Origin: an uncultured virus (IMG/VR IMGVR_UViG_3300023174_000069)
Lineage: Duplodnaviria; Heunggongvirae; Uroviricota; Caudoviricetes
Length of the DNA: 64,000 nucleotides
Direction: 5' to 3' (one strand)
IMG/VR virus record: IMGVR_UViG_3300023174_000069
Part shown: one piece after another, positions 9,647-19,178 of the stretch
Layout of the letters: each line of letters starts with the position of its first letter
How positions within the stretch are numbered: position 1 is the first letter of the stretch
Translations under genes and position numbers: made by a program
Notes under the pieces: generated by a model
Databases searched by the model: none
Seen by the model: the letters and a program-made list of their open reading frames with translations, nothing else
What the model was told of the DNA's origin: nothing

Positions 9647-9907
9647 ATGACAAACACATCGTCGCAAAATGTAAAGCTCGTTCGTCGTCTATCTAGTGGT
9701 AAGAATCTTACTGTTAGCGAGGCTCGAACTAAGTATGGAATCAAGCGTCTCGCCGCTCGTATTTTTGAGCTTCGTGAGGTTGGATTTCCTATCTTTACTA
9801 ATAAGGTAAAGATGAAGGGTGGTGTTAATCGTGGACGTAAGGTAACTGCTTATCGTCTCCATGTTTCTAAGACTCCAGATTCTCTTCTAGAATCTTTTGG
9901 AGCTTAA
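9647..9907 (+). CDS. Small winged helix-turn-helix protein
   Basis: LTVSEARTKYGIKRLAARIFELREVGFPI...AYRL; GAGG RBS; own sigma70-like promoter (TTGTAA 9557, TATTGT 9580). Confidence 0.75.
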   Translation: MTNTSSQNVKLVRRLSSGKNLTVSEARTKYGIKRLAARIFELREVGFPIFTNKVKMKGGVNRGRKVTAYRLHVSKTPDSLLESFGA

Positions 9908-9923
9908 TTAATACTTAAATTAA

Positions 9924-9966
9924 AGTGACTTAATATCGGTGTTATACGATACTATATTAAGTCACT
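9924..9966. repeat. Inverted repeat / long hairpin upstream of gp45
   Basis: AGTGACTTAATAT...ATATTAAGTCACT 13-bp perfect arms, extendable by G-U pairs. Confidence 0.7.
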
Positions 9967-9988
9967 ATATTTCAGAGGAGTTTTTGAA

Positions 9989-10660
9989 ATGAATTTGTCC
10001 AACGATACGCTAAAGATTCTGAAAAACTTTTCAGAAATTAATAATACAATTCGTATCTATAAAGGAAAGTCTATCATTACTGTAGACCCTCAGAAGCGAA
10101 TTGTAGCAGATGCTAGTATTCAAGAGAACATTCCCACAGACTTTGCGATTTATAATCTCAACGAGTTTTTAGGAGTAAGTAGCGCACATGAAAGCTCCAA
10201 TTTGGAGTTTAAATCTGACAAAGTTGTTTTTAATGGTAAGAAGAGCAACTTGGAGTATTTTTACTCCGATCCTTCTACTGTACAAGATGCAACACAAATT
10301 AGAAAGAAGATTCCTTCAGTCTTTGATGAGACTTCTATTGTGCATAGATTTACCATGACTGATGAAGATCTAAAGTGTTTACGACAAAACGCCTCGCTGT
10401 TATCACTAACTCACGTTAGTTTTGTAGGAACAGATAGTGAAGTTAAAGTTGTTGTGCATGATCTGTCGTCTCGATCAACTCAAAACAAGTTTACTCTAAC
10501 TGTCGATGGAACATCTAATAAGTCCGAGACTTATAATATGTTGTTCGAGAATCTTAAATTGTTACCAGATTCTTATGATGTAGAAGTTTCTCCTACAGTA
10601 GCACATTTTGTGGGTAAAACTACAAATGTTCACTATTGGATTGTAATGGAAGCCAACTAA
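9989..10660 (+). CDS. 45: Sliding clamp gp45
   Basis: MNLSNDTLKILKNFSEIN, FAIYNLNEFL, YWIVME; canonical position. Confidence 0.93.
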   Translation: MNLSNDTLKILKNFSEINNTIRIYKGKSIITVDPQKRIVADASIQENIPTDFAIYNLNEFLGVSSAHESSNLEFKSDKVVFNGKKSNLEYFYSDPSTVQDATQIRKKIPSVFDETSIVHRFTMTDEDLKCLRQNASLLSLTHVSFVGTDSEVKVVVHDLSSRSTQNKFTLTVDGTSNKSETYNMLFENLKLLPDSYDVEVSPTVAHFVGKTTNVHYWIVMEAN

Positions 10661-10884
10661 TGTCCAATGAACTAACATTAGATGAATATACCAAGAAAGC
10701 TCGTATTCGTATGACTATTCATGCGGAGCGAGCTATCGAGGTTTTAGAACATCAGCTACTAACAGCAAAAAGTCCGGTTAGAATATCTAAACTAAAATCT
10801 AGAATTGTAGAATATAAAGAAGCACTAATACGTTTACAGGAATCAGATGACTCGCAAAAAGACGGTAAGAAAAAGTCAGAGTAA
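10660..10884 (+). CDS. Hypothetical protein
   Basis: ORF coupled by TAATG overlap to gp45. Confidence 0.6.
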   Translation: MSNELTLDEYTKKARIRMTIHAERAIEVLEHQLLTAKSPVRISKLKSRIVEYKEALIRLQESDDSQKDGKKKSE

Positions 10885-11098
10885 AGATGAGCCTACAGAT
10901 ACGGTAAATTACAATCAAGAATTCCTAATTTTAGGACATCTTGTAAAATATAATATCTATATGCTCACAAAATCCATTATATTCTCGGCATTGTGTCAGA
11001 AGGTTGATATTAACACTGCAACCGAAATGACAAATAAGATTGTAGTTGAGCTTGATTTGGATGCTAAACAAAAGGCAGAAAAATCTAGCAATATCTAG
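10847..11098 (+). CDS. Hypothetical protein
   Basis: 83 aa ORF in operon context. Confidence 0.55.
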   Translation: MTRKKTVRKSQSKDEPTDTVNYNQEFLILGHLVKYNIYMLTKSIIFSALCQKVDINTATEMTNKIVVELDLDAKQKAEKSSNI

Positions 11099-11145
11099 CA
11101 AAAATAGCTATACTAGCTCAACACTTTATTATTTGATTGTGAACT

Positions 11146-12096
11146 ATGGAAAATACGCAAGACAGAAAACACATCCTTTGGATGGAAAAGTACAGGCCTC
11201 ATAACATAGATGATTGCATCCTCCCGCAAAAACTAAAAGATATCTTCAGAGGAATAGTAAATACTGGTGAGTTGCCTCATATGCTGTTTTGCGGCTCCGC
11301 AGGTATAGGAAAAACTACAGTAGCTAAGGCTTTGTGTGATGAATTAGATTATACTAGCATTTTGATTAATGCATCCGACGATAGAAATATCGATACACTT
11401 AGAACTACAGTTAAGCAATTTGCTTCTTCACTTTCATTTAATGGTAAAAGAAAGGTAATTATTCTTGACGAGGCTGATTATCTAAATCCTCAGAGCTTTC
11501 AACCAGCTCTCAGAGGTGTTATGGAAGAGTTTTCAAAAAACTGCTCTTTCATTTTAACGTGTAACTTTAAGAATAAGATTATAGATCCTTTACAGAGTCG
11601 CTGCTCAGTAAAGGAGTTTAGGATTCCTAAAGAAGAAAAGAAGAAAATCATCGAGCTTTGTTACAAGCGTGTAGTAAAGATTCTTGAACAAGAAAAAGTA
11701 GAGTTTGATGGTAAAGCGTTAGCTAATGTTGTTGTTAAATACTTTCCCGATTTCCGTCGTCTGTTAAATGAGCTTCAATCTTTCAGTAAACAATATGGTA
11801 AAATCGACGAGGGAATTTTATCGTTTGCTGGTGATATTAACATAACAAGACTATATCGAAGTCTCAAAGACAAAGATTTTGCTGATGTGCGAAGTTGGGT
11901 TGTAGAGAACTCTGATAATGATCCTGTAATGATCTACCGAAAACTATATGATCATCTGAAAGAGCATATGGAACCATCTTCAATTCCTAACGCCATAGTA
12001 ACTATTGCCAAATATATGAACACTATGGTCGCCGATCAGGAAATAAATCTGATGGCTTGTTTAGTTGAATTAGGACTTACTTGTAAATTTGTATGA
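11146..12096 (+). CDS. 44: Clamp loader large subunit gp44
   Basis: WMEKYRP, GSAGIGKTT, ILDEAD, LQSRC RFC motifs. Confidence 0.96.
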   Translation: MENTQDRKHILWMEKYRPHNIDDCILPQKLKDIFRGIVNTGELPHMLFCGSAGIGKTTVAKALCDELDYTSILINASDDRNIDTLRTTVKQFASSLSFNGKRKVIILDEADYLNPQSFQPALRGVMEEFSKNCSFILTCNFKNKIIDPLQSRCSVKEFRIPKEEKKKIIELCYKRVVKILEQEKVEFDGKALANVVVKYFPDFRRLLNELQSFSKQYGKIDEGILSFAGDINITRLYRSLKDKDFADVRSWVVENSDNDPVMIYRKLYDHLKEHMEPSSIPNAIVTIAKYMNTMVADQEINLMACLVELGLTCKFV

Positions 12097-12491
12097 CAAA
12101 CGATAGTGGTAAAACTACGCTGTTTGACTTTTTGAATGACATCTCGCATCTAAAAAAGAATATTCTCAGCGAAGAGAATGAGCGAGAATACAATTCTTAT
12201 ATGATCAATCGTTTCTTATCGATGGATACATCGACTGTTTTATATGCAAATGAAATGAATAAAAATAGTCATTTACCCAAGCATATGCAATATGATTATT
12301 ATTTTCATGCTATCAAAAAGCATAAGCGATATTTTAAGTATATCAAACATCAACGTCAGGATGATATAGAGATTATTTGTGAATATCATCAGTGTAATGA
12401 GGTTCGTGGACGAGAAATACTTTCACTATTCTCCAAAGATGATATTGAGTATATGAAGAGTAAGCTGTTCAAAGGAGGAACTTCAAAATGA
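12093..12491 (+). CDS. 62: Clamp loader small subunit gp62
   Basis: YNSYMINRFLS...NEMN...QYDY; follows gp44. Confidence 0.9.
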   Translation: MTNDSGKTTLFDFLNDISHLKKNILSEENEREYNSYMINRFLSMDTSTVLYANEMNKNSHLPKHMQYDYYFHAIKKHKRYFKYIKHQRQDDIEIICEYHQCNEVRGREILSLFSKDDIEYMKSKLFKGGTSK

Positions 12492-12682
12492 AAAAGGATA
12501 TAAATTCTTCTTCTATTGAACAGCTATGTGATGTAGTTAAGCAGATAGAATTACTAATAGAAGATAATAATCAAAACATAAAAGACTGCAATAATGTTTT
12601 ACGACAGATAAAGAAACAAGTTTGTCCAGAAAAGTCTTCAATCATAGCGTCTGTGATACGAAAACTACTAAATAGAAAGTAG
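12488..12682 (+). CDS. Hypothetical protein
   Basis: 64 aa, GGAGG RBS, ATGA overlap. Confidence 0.55.
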   Translation: MKKDINSSSIEQLCDVVKQIELLIEDNNQNIKDCNNVLRQIKKQVCPEKSSIIASVIRKLLNRK

Positions 12683-12716
12683 CTGTTAAGTAGCTTTTTT
12701 GGTATTGAGGAATTTA

Positions 12717-13157
12717 ATGTCTAGCGTGATTGATACTTTAATTGAAATTACTCTTACTTCTCCTGATGATTTTCTCAAAGTAAAGGAGACTCTTACACGC
12801 ATTGGTGTTGCATCCAAAAAAGACAAAACACTATATCAGTCATGTCACATTCTACACAAGAGAGATAAGACAACCAAAGAAAGCCGATACTACATAGTGC
12901 ACTTCAAAGAGTTGTTTAAGTTAGATGGAAAACCCACAGAAATTTCCCAAGATGATTTAGCCAGAAGAAACACAATAGCCAACATTTTAGCTGAATGGAA
13001 GTTGGTTACTTTGGTTGATAAATCCAAAAGTGAAAGTCCTATAGCACCAATATCTACTATCAAAATCGTACCTCACAAGGAAAAGGTTGAATGGAAACTT
13101 GAGGCGAAGTATAATATAGGTAACTCTAAGAAAAAGGAGAATAAATCTCCAAAATAA
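12717..13157 (+). CDS. regA: Translational repressor RegA
   Basis: DDFLKVKETLTRIGVAS, YQSCHILHK, YYIVHFKELF. Confidence 0.96.
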   Translation: MSSVIDTLIEITLTSPDDFLKVKETLTRIGVASKKDKTLYQSCHILHKRDKTTKESRYYIVHFKELFKLDGKPTEISQDDLARRNTIANILAEWKLVTLVDKSKSESPIAPISTIKIVPHKEKVEWKLEAKYNIGNSKKKENKSPK

Positions 13158-13169
13158 AGTATCTATATT

Positions 13170-13697
13170 ATGCTAGGTGTTTTTAAGTGTGTTCCTGAGG
13201 CTACGGTTCCTTCGTATGCTACAAAATTTTCTGCTTGTTTTGATTTGCACTCCTGCATCCCCGCCGGCACAGTAGTCAAAGCAATAATTCCTACCGAAGT
13301 CTCTTATAGAGGTAGCAGTACAGAAGATACTTGCACATTACTCTCTGATGAAAATGGGTGTTTAATCATTCCTCCTAGAGCTAGAGTTTTAATTCCTACG
13401 GGTCTTAAATTTAATATTCCTCTTCGATGTTCTGTGCGGTTGCACCCAAGATCTGGACTATCATTTAAGAATGGATTAATATTAGCAAACTGTGAAGGAG
13501 TAATCGACGAGGACTACGTTGATCAAGTTTTTATTATACTGCACAATATATCAAACGTAAATGCCACTATTAAACATGGTGATAGAGTGTGTCAAGCAGA
13601 GTTAGTTAGAGACAGTAGAGAACCCGTCAAAGAAATTTTACAAGAACCGCAGAAGAAAACTGATAGAACCGGTGGTATTGGTTCAACCGGAGTTTAA
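13170..13697 (+). CDS. dut: Trimeric dUTPase
   Basis: SACFDL, PRSGL, GVIDEDY, RVCQ, RTGGIGSTG motifs. Confidence 0.95.
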   Translation: MLGVFKCVPEATVPSYATKFSACFDLHSCIPAGTVVKAIIPTEVSYRGSSTEDTCTLLSDENGCLIIPPRARVLIPTGLKFNIPLRCSVRLHPRSGLSFKNGLILANCEGVIDEDYVDQVFIILHNISNVNATIKHGDRVCQAELVRDSREPVKEILQEPQKKTDRTGGIGSTGV

Positions 13698-14413
13698 TGA
13701 TGCGAATATTATGCATTTCAGATACTCATCAAAGACAGAATAGATTGCGTTTGATTGAGTGTGATGTATTGTTAATAGCAGGAGATGTGTGCTCTTCAGG
13801 TGAAATTTGGCAGCTTGAGAATTTTGTTAAGTGGCTAAAGCAAGAATCTGATAAGTTTAGAAAAGCATATATAATCGCTGGCAATCATGACTGGTGTTTT
13901 ATGAAAACCAAAACTCTTGCTTTAGATGTTTTGAAAGAGAATTTTGGTGATAAAGTAGAGTATTTGGAAGATTCTGAGTCTGTTTTTGAGGGACTAAAAT
14001 TTTATGGTAGTCCTTGGCAACCAGAGTTTAATCGATGGGCGTTTAACGCACCTAGAGGTGAAAAGTTAAAGAGCATTTGGGATAATATTCCTAATGATGT
14101 TGATGTATTGATAACTCATTGTCCACCTCACGGTATCGGTGATTTGACCAGTAACATTCATGTAGGGTGTGCAGATCTTTTTGAGCGTGTAAGAAAATTA
14201 GATCACTTATTTTTGCACGTTTTCGGACATATACATAGTGGTAATGGACATTATACTAGCGAAGCGGCTGACGGGGTAAATTTTTGTAATGCGGCTATTT
14301 GCGATGAGCAATATGATCCTTGTAATATGGCACATTTTGTGACTTTAACTAATGTAGGTACTCATCACTTTATTACTTGCACCGAAATAGATTTAGGAAT
14401 TAAAAATGACTAA
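13697..14413 (+). CDS. Calcineurin-like metallophosphoesterase
   Basis: SDTH, AGD, GNHD, THCPP, GHIH. Confidence 0.9.
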   Translation: MMRILCISDTHQRQNRLRLIECDVLLIAGDVCSSGEIWQLENFVKWLKQESDKFRKAYIIAGNHDWCFMKTKTLALDVLKENFGDKVEYLEDSESVFEGLKFYGSPWQPEFNRWAFNAPRGEKLKSIWDNIPNDVDVLITHCPPHGIGDLTSNIHVGCADLFERVRKLDHLFLHVFGHIHSGNGHYTSEAADGVNFCNAAICDEQYDPCNMAHFVTLTNVGTHHFITCTEIDLGIKND

Positions 14414-14852
14414 AAAAACTGGTGCATCAGGAAAATCTTTAATCAAAGAGTTTGAGGGGTTCAGAGCAGTGGCGTATTTGTGTCCAGCGGATGTTGTTAC
14501 TATTGGATATGGTACAACTAGAATTCGTGGAAAAGCAGTAAAATTGGGTATGAAAATAACTACAGAAGAAGCCGAAGTATTTTTGGAAGAAGATTTAAAG
14601 AGTTTTGAGGATGTAGTAAACCAAAATGTAAACGTAGAATTAACACAAAATCAGTTTGACGCCTTGGTGTCTTTTGTGTATAATGTAGGAGCAGCTAATT
14701 TTAAAAAATCCACTTTGCTAAAAAAGATAAATGTCAATAAATTGATTGAAGCTAGTGACGAGTTTTTAAAATGGAATAAAGCTGGTGGTAAGACTCTTGC
14801 AGGTCTTACTCGCAGACGTGAAGCGGAAAAAAACTTATTTTTAATGGATTAA
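14406..14852 (+). CDS. Endolysin, GH24 phage lysozyme
   Basis: IKEFEG..AYLCPADVVTIGYG, QFDALVSFVYNVG, GLTRRREAE. Confidence 0.93.
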   Translation: MTKKTGASGKSLIKEFEGFRAVAYLCPADVVTIGYGTTRIRGKAVKLGMKITTEEAEVFLEEDLKSFEDVVNQNVNVELTQNQFDALVSFVYNVGAANFKKSTLLKKINVNKLIEASDEFLKWNKAGGKTLAGLTRRREAEKNLFLMD

Positions 14853-14853
14853 T

Positions 14854-15162
14854 ATGAATATAATGATAACTAGACTTATTACGGGAGAAGAAATTTTAGG
14901 AGATGTTACTGCTTCTACGAATGACACTTGCACGATAAGCAACCCTACTCAAATCGCTGCGATGCAAAACCCCTCTTCTAGCAAAGTTGATATTCACATG
15001 GGCCCATTTGCACCTCTCTCCGCAGATAAGAGCATTATCATTCAGGTTAGAAACATACTTTGTCAGTATGAGCCTGTAGTAGAAATAAAAAACAAGTATA
15101 GCACAATGTTCGGAAGCGGGATCATCCTTCCTAAAAATTCTGGTCTAGCTACACTAGATTAA
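14854..15162 (+). CDS. Conserved T4-like small beta-rich protein
   Basis: RLITGEEILG...Y..MFGSGII pattern typical of small ORFs upstream of gp43 in T4-like phages. Confidence 0.6.
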   Translation: MNIMITRLITGEEILGDVTASTNDTCTISNPTQIAAMQNPSSSKVDIHMGPFAPLSADKSIIIQVRNILCQYEPVVEIKNKYSTMFGSGIILPKNSGLATLD

Positions 15163-15171
15163 ATTATATTC

Positions 15172-15200
15172 TTGATTTTTTAGTACAACTGCTGTACTAT
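15172..15200 (+). promoter_or_regulatory. Sigma70-type promoter of gp43A (leaderless)
   Basis: TTGATT-17-TACTAT; ATG begins 6 nt after the -10 box. Confidence 0.7.
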
Positions 15201-15206
15201 AGTTAA

Positions 15207-16667
15207 ATGTCTGAACGATTTTATACAAATTGCACCTGCGTTGGCAACAACATTCTTTATAGAGGAGTTGAAAACAATAAGCGAATTAGTAAAAAGTTTA
15301 CTTTTCGTCCAAGTCTTTTCATACCCACAGATAAACAAACAAAATGGAAGACACTAGATGGTAAATGCGTTGATAAGATTCAGTTTGACGATATTAATGA
15401 TGCCAAAGATTTTGTTAGAAAGTATGAGCATATCGATAATTTTACTTATTATGGAAACACAAAGTATCAGTATGTTCATATAGCAGATTCTTTTCCTGAG
15501 ATGATCGATTACGAGTTTTCTCAGATTGTTATTGCTAACATCGATATCGAGGTTGCATCTGAAGCAGGCTTTGCGCCTGTAGAAAACCCATTTGAGCAAG
15601 TAATTGCTATCACAGTTGAGTGTCGTGGTACTTATGTTGTGTTTGGTTGTGGAGATTTTACTACTGAAAATCCTCAAGTAAAATACATCAAGTGTGACGA
15701 TGAGATGGACTTGTTGAAGCGATTCATGACTCACTGGGAACATATTGCTCCTGATGTAGTCACTGGATGGAACGTACAGTTTTATGATATTCCTTACCTT
15801 GTAAATCGCATCTCTAGATTGTTCAGCGACAAAGAAGCCAAGCGATTGTCACCATGGAAGTATCTTTCAACTAGATCTGCTTATTATAAGGGTCGCCAAC
15901 AGCAAGTAGTAGAGCTTGTAGGTATATCAACACTAGATTACTTAGAGCTTTATGGTAAGTTTCAGCCTAAGCAAGAGAGTCAAAAGCTAAACTACATCGC
16001 TCACGTTGAGTTAGGAGAAAAGAAGATTTCATATGAAGAATATGGCGATCTTCATACATTATACAAGCAGAACTATCAAAAGTTTATCGAGTATAACATA
16101 AAAGACGTAGAGCTTGTTAAAAAGCTAGAAGAAAAGCTAAAGCTGATAGAGATGTGTGCTGCTTTGGCTTATGATGCTAAGGTTAATTTAACAGATGTAT
16201 TCGCTCAAGTTAGAATGTGGGATACTATCATATTCAATCATCTCAAGAAGCAAAACATAGTAATGCCTCGTCTAGTTGATAATGAGAAGAATGCTGACTA
16301 CGCCGGCGCATATGTTAAAGAAGTTGTTCCTGGTATGTACGAGTGGGTTGTATCATTCGATTTGAACTCTCTGTATCCTAATTTGATTGCACAGTTTAAT
16401 ATTTCTCCTGAGTGTCTTATTACCAACAAGTATAGAAATGTTACCGTTCAATCATTATTGGACAAGTCCATGGATACCAAGGATTTGACTTCGGATAATA
16501 TTAGTTTGGCTGCCAATGGACACTGCTTCAGCAACGATAAGATTGGCTTTTTACCAGATATTCTTATGCGTATGTACGAAGATCGAAAGACCTACAAAAA
16601 GAAGATGTTGGAATCTCAGAAAGAATTGGAAAGAGTTAAAGAAGAATTAGCTCGTCGTGGATTATAA
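15207..16667 (+). CDS. 43: Family B DNA polymerase, N-terminal subunit (gp43A)
   Basis: ExoI DIEV, ExoII GWNVQFYDIPY, ExoIII YNIKDV, motif A SFDLNSLYP; ends in the first fingers helix. Confidence 0.95.
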   Translation: MSERFYTNCTCVGNNILYRGVENNKRISKKFTFRPSLFIPTDKQTKWKTLDGKCVDKIQFDDINDAKDFVRKYEHIDNFTYYGNTKYQYVHIADSFPEMIDYEFSQIVIANIDIEVASEAGFAPVENPFEQVIAITVECRGTYVVFGCGDFTTENPQVKYIKCDDEMDLLKRFMTHWEHIAPDVVTGWNVQFYDIPYLVNRISRLFSDKEAKRLSPWKYLSTRSAYYKGRQQQVVELVGISTLDYLELYGKFQPKQESQKLNYIAHVELGEKKISYEEYGDLHTLYKQNYQKFIEYNIKDVELVKKLEEKLKLIEMCAALAYDAKVNLTDVFAQVRMWDTIIFNHLKKQNIVMPRLVDNEKNADYAGAYVKEVVPGMYEWVVSFDLNSLYPNLIAQFNISPECLITNKYRNVTVQSLLDKSMDTKDLTSDNISLAANGHCFSNDKIGFLPDILMRMYEDRKTYKKKMLESQKELERVKEELARRGL

Positions 16668-16695
16668 ACCATTTTTATTCCAATAATTTTTGCTA

Positions 16696-16724
16696 TTGCT
16701 CGTGTATTCAGGTTTTGATATACT
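16696..16724 (+). promoter_or_regulatory. Sigma70-type promoter (leaderless)
   Basis: TTGCTC-17-TATACT; ATG 6 nt downstream. Confidence 0.7.
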
Positions 16725-16730
16725 GAATAT

Positions 16731-17366
16731 ATGAACAGAAAGCAATTAAAATCCATCTTTCAAAAAGAAATGACAGATTCTTATAATCAAGATTTATTGT
16801 TGGCTTTCGCCAAAGGATGTTCGGTAATATGTGCTTCTGAAGAGTTTGATGCAAGATCCAAATTATCTCTAAAGTCAGAGACTCAGCAAAATTTATTTGA
16901 AAGATTGAGCAAAGATTTTTCTTACAGACTTCACAACGGAAAAATTATATCAGCCTCTTCAGTGTTTACTTTTTTATCAGAAACCGCAAACGAGTTTGAT
17001 TGGATACATAATCCAACTAACTTTAAACTATCAATAAAACATAGCAAAAATAATTTAACAATTTGTATTAAAAATTGTTTAAGCAACAAAACAATACCAA
17101 ATAATATAGACTATATTTTTACAACAACTACAGGAAGCTATAGAGAACCTGGTGTTATGTACATATCAGACTATGATCTTGTAAAGCCGGGATTAAAGTT
17201 TGATAAATCATCAAAAATTAATTACAAAATTAATTATAATCATCTTATCCATTATGTAGAATTTCCCTACACTTCTGTATCTACCACAACAAAAACTTTA
17301 GTGAATAATTTAGTAAATCAGACACAAGAAAAACTTGTAGATTTGTTTTATAATGTAATAATATAA
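16731..17366 (+). CDS. Hypothetical protein, possible PD-(D/E)xK restriction-endonuclease-like fold
   Basis: EFDW...FKLSIK resembles the D...SxK variant motif; weak. Confidence 0.35.
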   Translation: MNRKQLKSIFQKEMTDSYNQDLLLAFAKGCSVICASEEFDARSKLSLKSETQQNLFERLSKDFSYRLHNGKIISASSVFTFLSETANEFDWIHNPTNFKLSIKHSKNNLTICIKNCLSNKTIPNNIDYIFTTTTGSYREPGVMYISDYDLVKPGLKFDKSSKINYKINYNHLIHYVEFPYTSVSTTTKTLVNNLVNQTQEKLVDLFYNVII

Positions 17367-18506
17367 GTGAGTGATTGTATGAAACGTCCCATGTCTCCTG
17401 CTAATTCTGATAAAACTTTTGCTAAAATTTGCGATCTGCGAGAGTTTGATTATTTACCAACACCCGAGCTTACACAATTAATTAATAAAGCTCCTTACAT
17501 GGTAAAAGGATTGTATGATTTTGTTTGTAGCATGGTAGTTTTGGTTGCACTGTGCAAAGCCGGTATAATTGATCAAGATCATGACAACAATAGAGGTAAA
17601 GTCTGGGATCCAGAAAGAGATGATAGTTTTTTAAAATCATTTGCTAATGGAACAAACAGTTATATCCCAGTTTTTAGTGTAGAGTTTAATAGAAATGGAA
17701 AACCCACATTATTGGTGTGGGATGCTAATAATAGAACATATACTCTCAAAGAGTTTTTTGCTGGATGTAAACTCTTGCAGAAAGAAGGTATAAACCTTCC
17801 TAAGACATTTTACGGAAAACTCTTCATAAAAACTCCACGAGAAGAGTGTAAAGAATATTATTGTAACATAAACAATACAGAAGCCCAATCCGCCGGAGAA
17901 ATTTTTTCTTCTGCTTCCGGAAAAACCGTGGAAAATATCAAAAATTATATCAATTCTTCTACGGGAATTTATGCCAAAAAGGGTAGAAGCTACAGATATT
18001 TAGACAAATGCTCTAATACCAGAAAAAAACTTATGGAATATGAAACAAAAAATGTTTTCTTTTTTAATGACAAATTAACCAAAGGAGCAGATAATCTTAA
18101 TACGGATAAGTTTCATCTTCGTGAAAGATTGAACACTGATGATGTTGAAGAAGAAGCACTATCGACTCTTAGAAATAATTACTATGAAAAAATTACATCC
18201 ACTCTGGATGAAATTCATAAAACACATGACTCATACAGAATTGACCCGGCTCATTTTCGCTGGCTTTTATTGTTTTATGCAGAAATGAATCAATTAGGTG
18301 GATATAAGATAAAAAATAATGTAAAGTTTCTAAAATCATTAGTAAATGATTTGAAAGCCATACAAAAAATAGATACAAATGAGATTAATAGTCAAAAGAA
18401 AATATTAAAAATTGAGTTAAGTCATCAATTAAATGATTCACGAGTTTTTATATTTAAACACATCTTTAAAAAGATGAAACGATCTCCTAGCAAATATGGT
18501 CTATGA
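17367..18506 (+). CDS. DUF262 / ParB-Srx-like (GmrS-like) domain protein with divergent motif
   Basis: NRGKVW...FLKSFANG..YIP...VWDANNRTYTLKEF...YCNINN...SAGEI follows the DUF262 pattern (QR..VW, S...G.PIP, DGQQR, F..IN...L...E). Confidence 0.55.
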   Translation: MSDCMKRPMSPANSDKTFAKICDLREFDYLPTPELTQLINKAPYMVKGLYDFVCSMVVLVALCKAGIIDQDHDNNRGKVWDPERDDSFLKSFANGTNSYIPVFSVEFNRNGKPTLLVWDANNRTYTLKEFFAGCKLLQKEGINLPKTFYGKLFIKTPREECKEYYCNINNTEAQSAGEIFSSASGKTVENIKNYINSSTGIYAKKGRSYRYLDKCSNTRKKLMEYETKNVFFFNDKLTKGADNLNTDKFHLRERLNTDDVEEEALSTLRNNYYEKITSTLDEIHKTHDSYRIDPAHFRWLLLFYAEMNQLGGYKIKNNVKFLKSLVNDLKAIQKIDTNEINSQKKILKIELSHQLNDSRVFIFKHIFKKMKRSPSKYGL

Positions 18507-18509
18507 TAG

Positions 18510-19001
18510 ATGAATATTACTTGGCAGCAATACTTCATGGGAGTAGCACTACTAGCATCGAAGCGAAGCAAAGATCCCAGCACACAAGTAGGCGCAGTAG
18601 TTGTTACACCCGACAATAGAATAATTGGTGTAGGTTGGAATGGAATGCCTAAATCAATTTATCCTCAGAATGATGTTTGTTTTCCTTGGGGTAAAGAGTC
18701 ACAAGATCCTTTAGAAAACAAATATATGTACGTTGTTCATGCCGAACCTAATGCTATATTTCATGCGTCTGAAAGTGTTAGAGGTTGCACAATGTACTTA
18801 ACTTGGTTTCCTTGTAGTGATTGTGCGAAATCCATAGCACAATCTGGTGTCAAAAGATTGGTGTATTTGGATGAATATACGACAGATAGATATAGAACAA
18901 GTATGGAAGGAGCCAAGAAAATCTTTCGAGTTGCGGGTGTCGAGTGCGAAAAATACTCAGAAGATAGAGTATCAATAAAAATTGAATTTCATAAAAATTA
19001 G
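18510..19001 (+). CDS. cd: dCMP deaminase
   Basis: RSKDPSTQVGA, HAEPNAI, PCSDC zinc motif. Confidence 0.95.
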   Translation: MNITWQQYFMGVALLASKRSKDPSTQVGAVVVTPDNRIIGVGWNGMPKSIYPQNDVCFPWGKESQDPLENKYMYVVHAEPNAIFHASESVRGCTMYLTWFPCSDCAKSIAQSGVKRLVYLDEYTTDRYRTSMEGAKKIFRVAGVECEKYSEDRVSIKIEFHKN

Positions 19002-19010
19002 TGATATAAT
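18982..19010 (+). promoter_or_regulatory. Sigma70-type promoter of tRNA cluster
   Basis: TTGAAT-17-TATAAT. Confidence 0.75.
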
Positions 19011-19019
19011 AAAACATAT

Positions 19020-19094
19020 TGGCGAGTAATTCAGTGGAAGAATGGCTGACTGTTAATCAGCTCGTCGTAGGTTCGATCCCTACCTCGCCAGCCA
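19020..19094 (+). tRNA. tRNA-Asn(GTT)
   Basis: Acceptor TGGCGAG/CTCGCCA, anticodon arm GCTGA-CTGTTAA-TCAGC, T loop TTCGATC, encoded CCA. Confidence 0.93.
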
Positions 19095-19099
19095 AAGTT

Positions 19100-19175
19100 G
19101 CGCTTGTAGCTCAGTTGGTAGAGCAGGAGACTTTTAATCTCAAGGTCACAGGTTCGATCCCTGTCGAGCGCACCA
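19100..19175 (+). tRNA. tRNA-Lys(TTT)
   Basis: Acceptor GCGCTTG/CGAGCGC, anticodon loop CTTTTAA, T loop TTCGATC, encoded CCA. Confidence 0.93.
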
Positions 19176-19178
19176 TGA

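Noticed and set aside
11083..11120. Short repeated TAGC/TCTAGCA units upstream of gp44
   Set aside because: Very short, irregular and partly inside a coding end; likely chance in AT-rich DNA.
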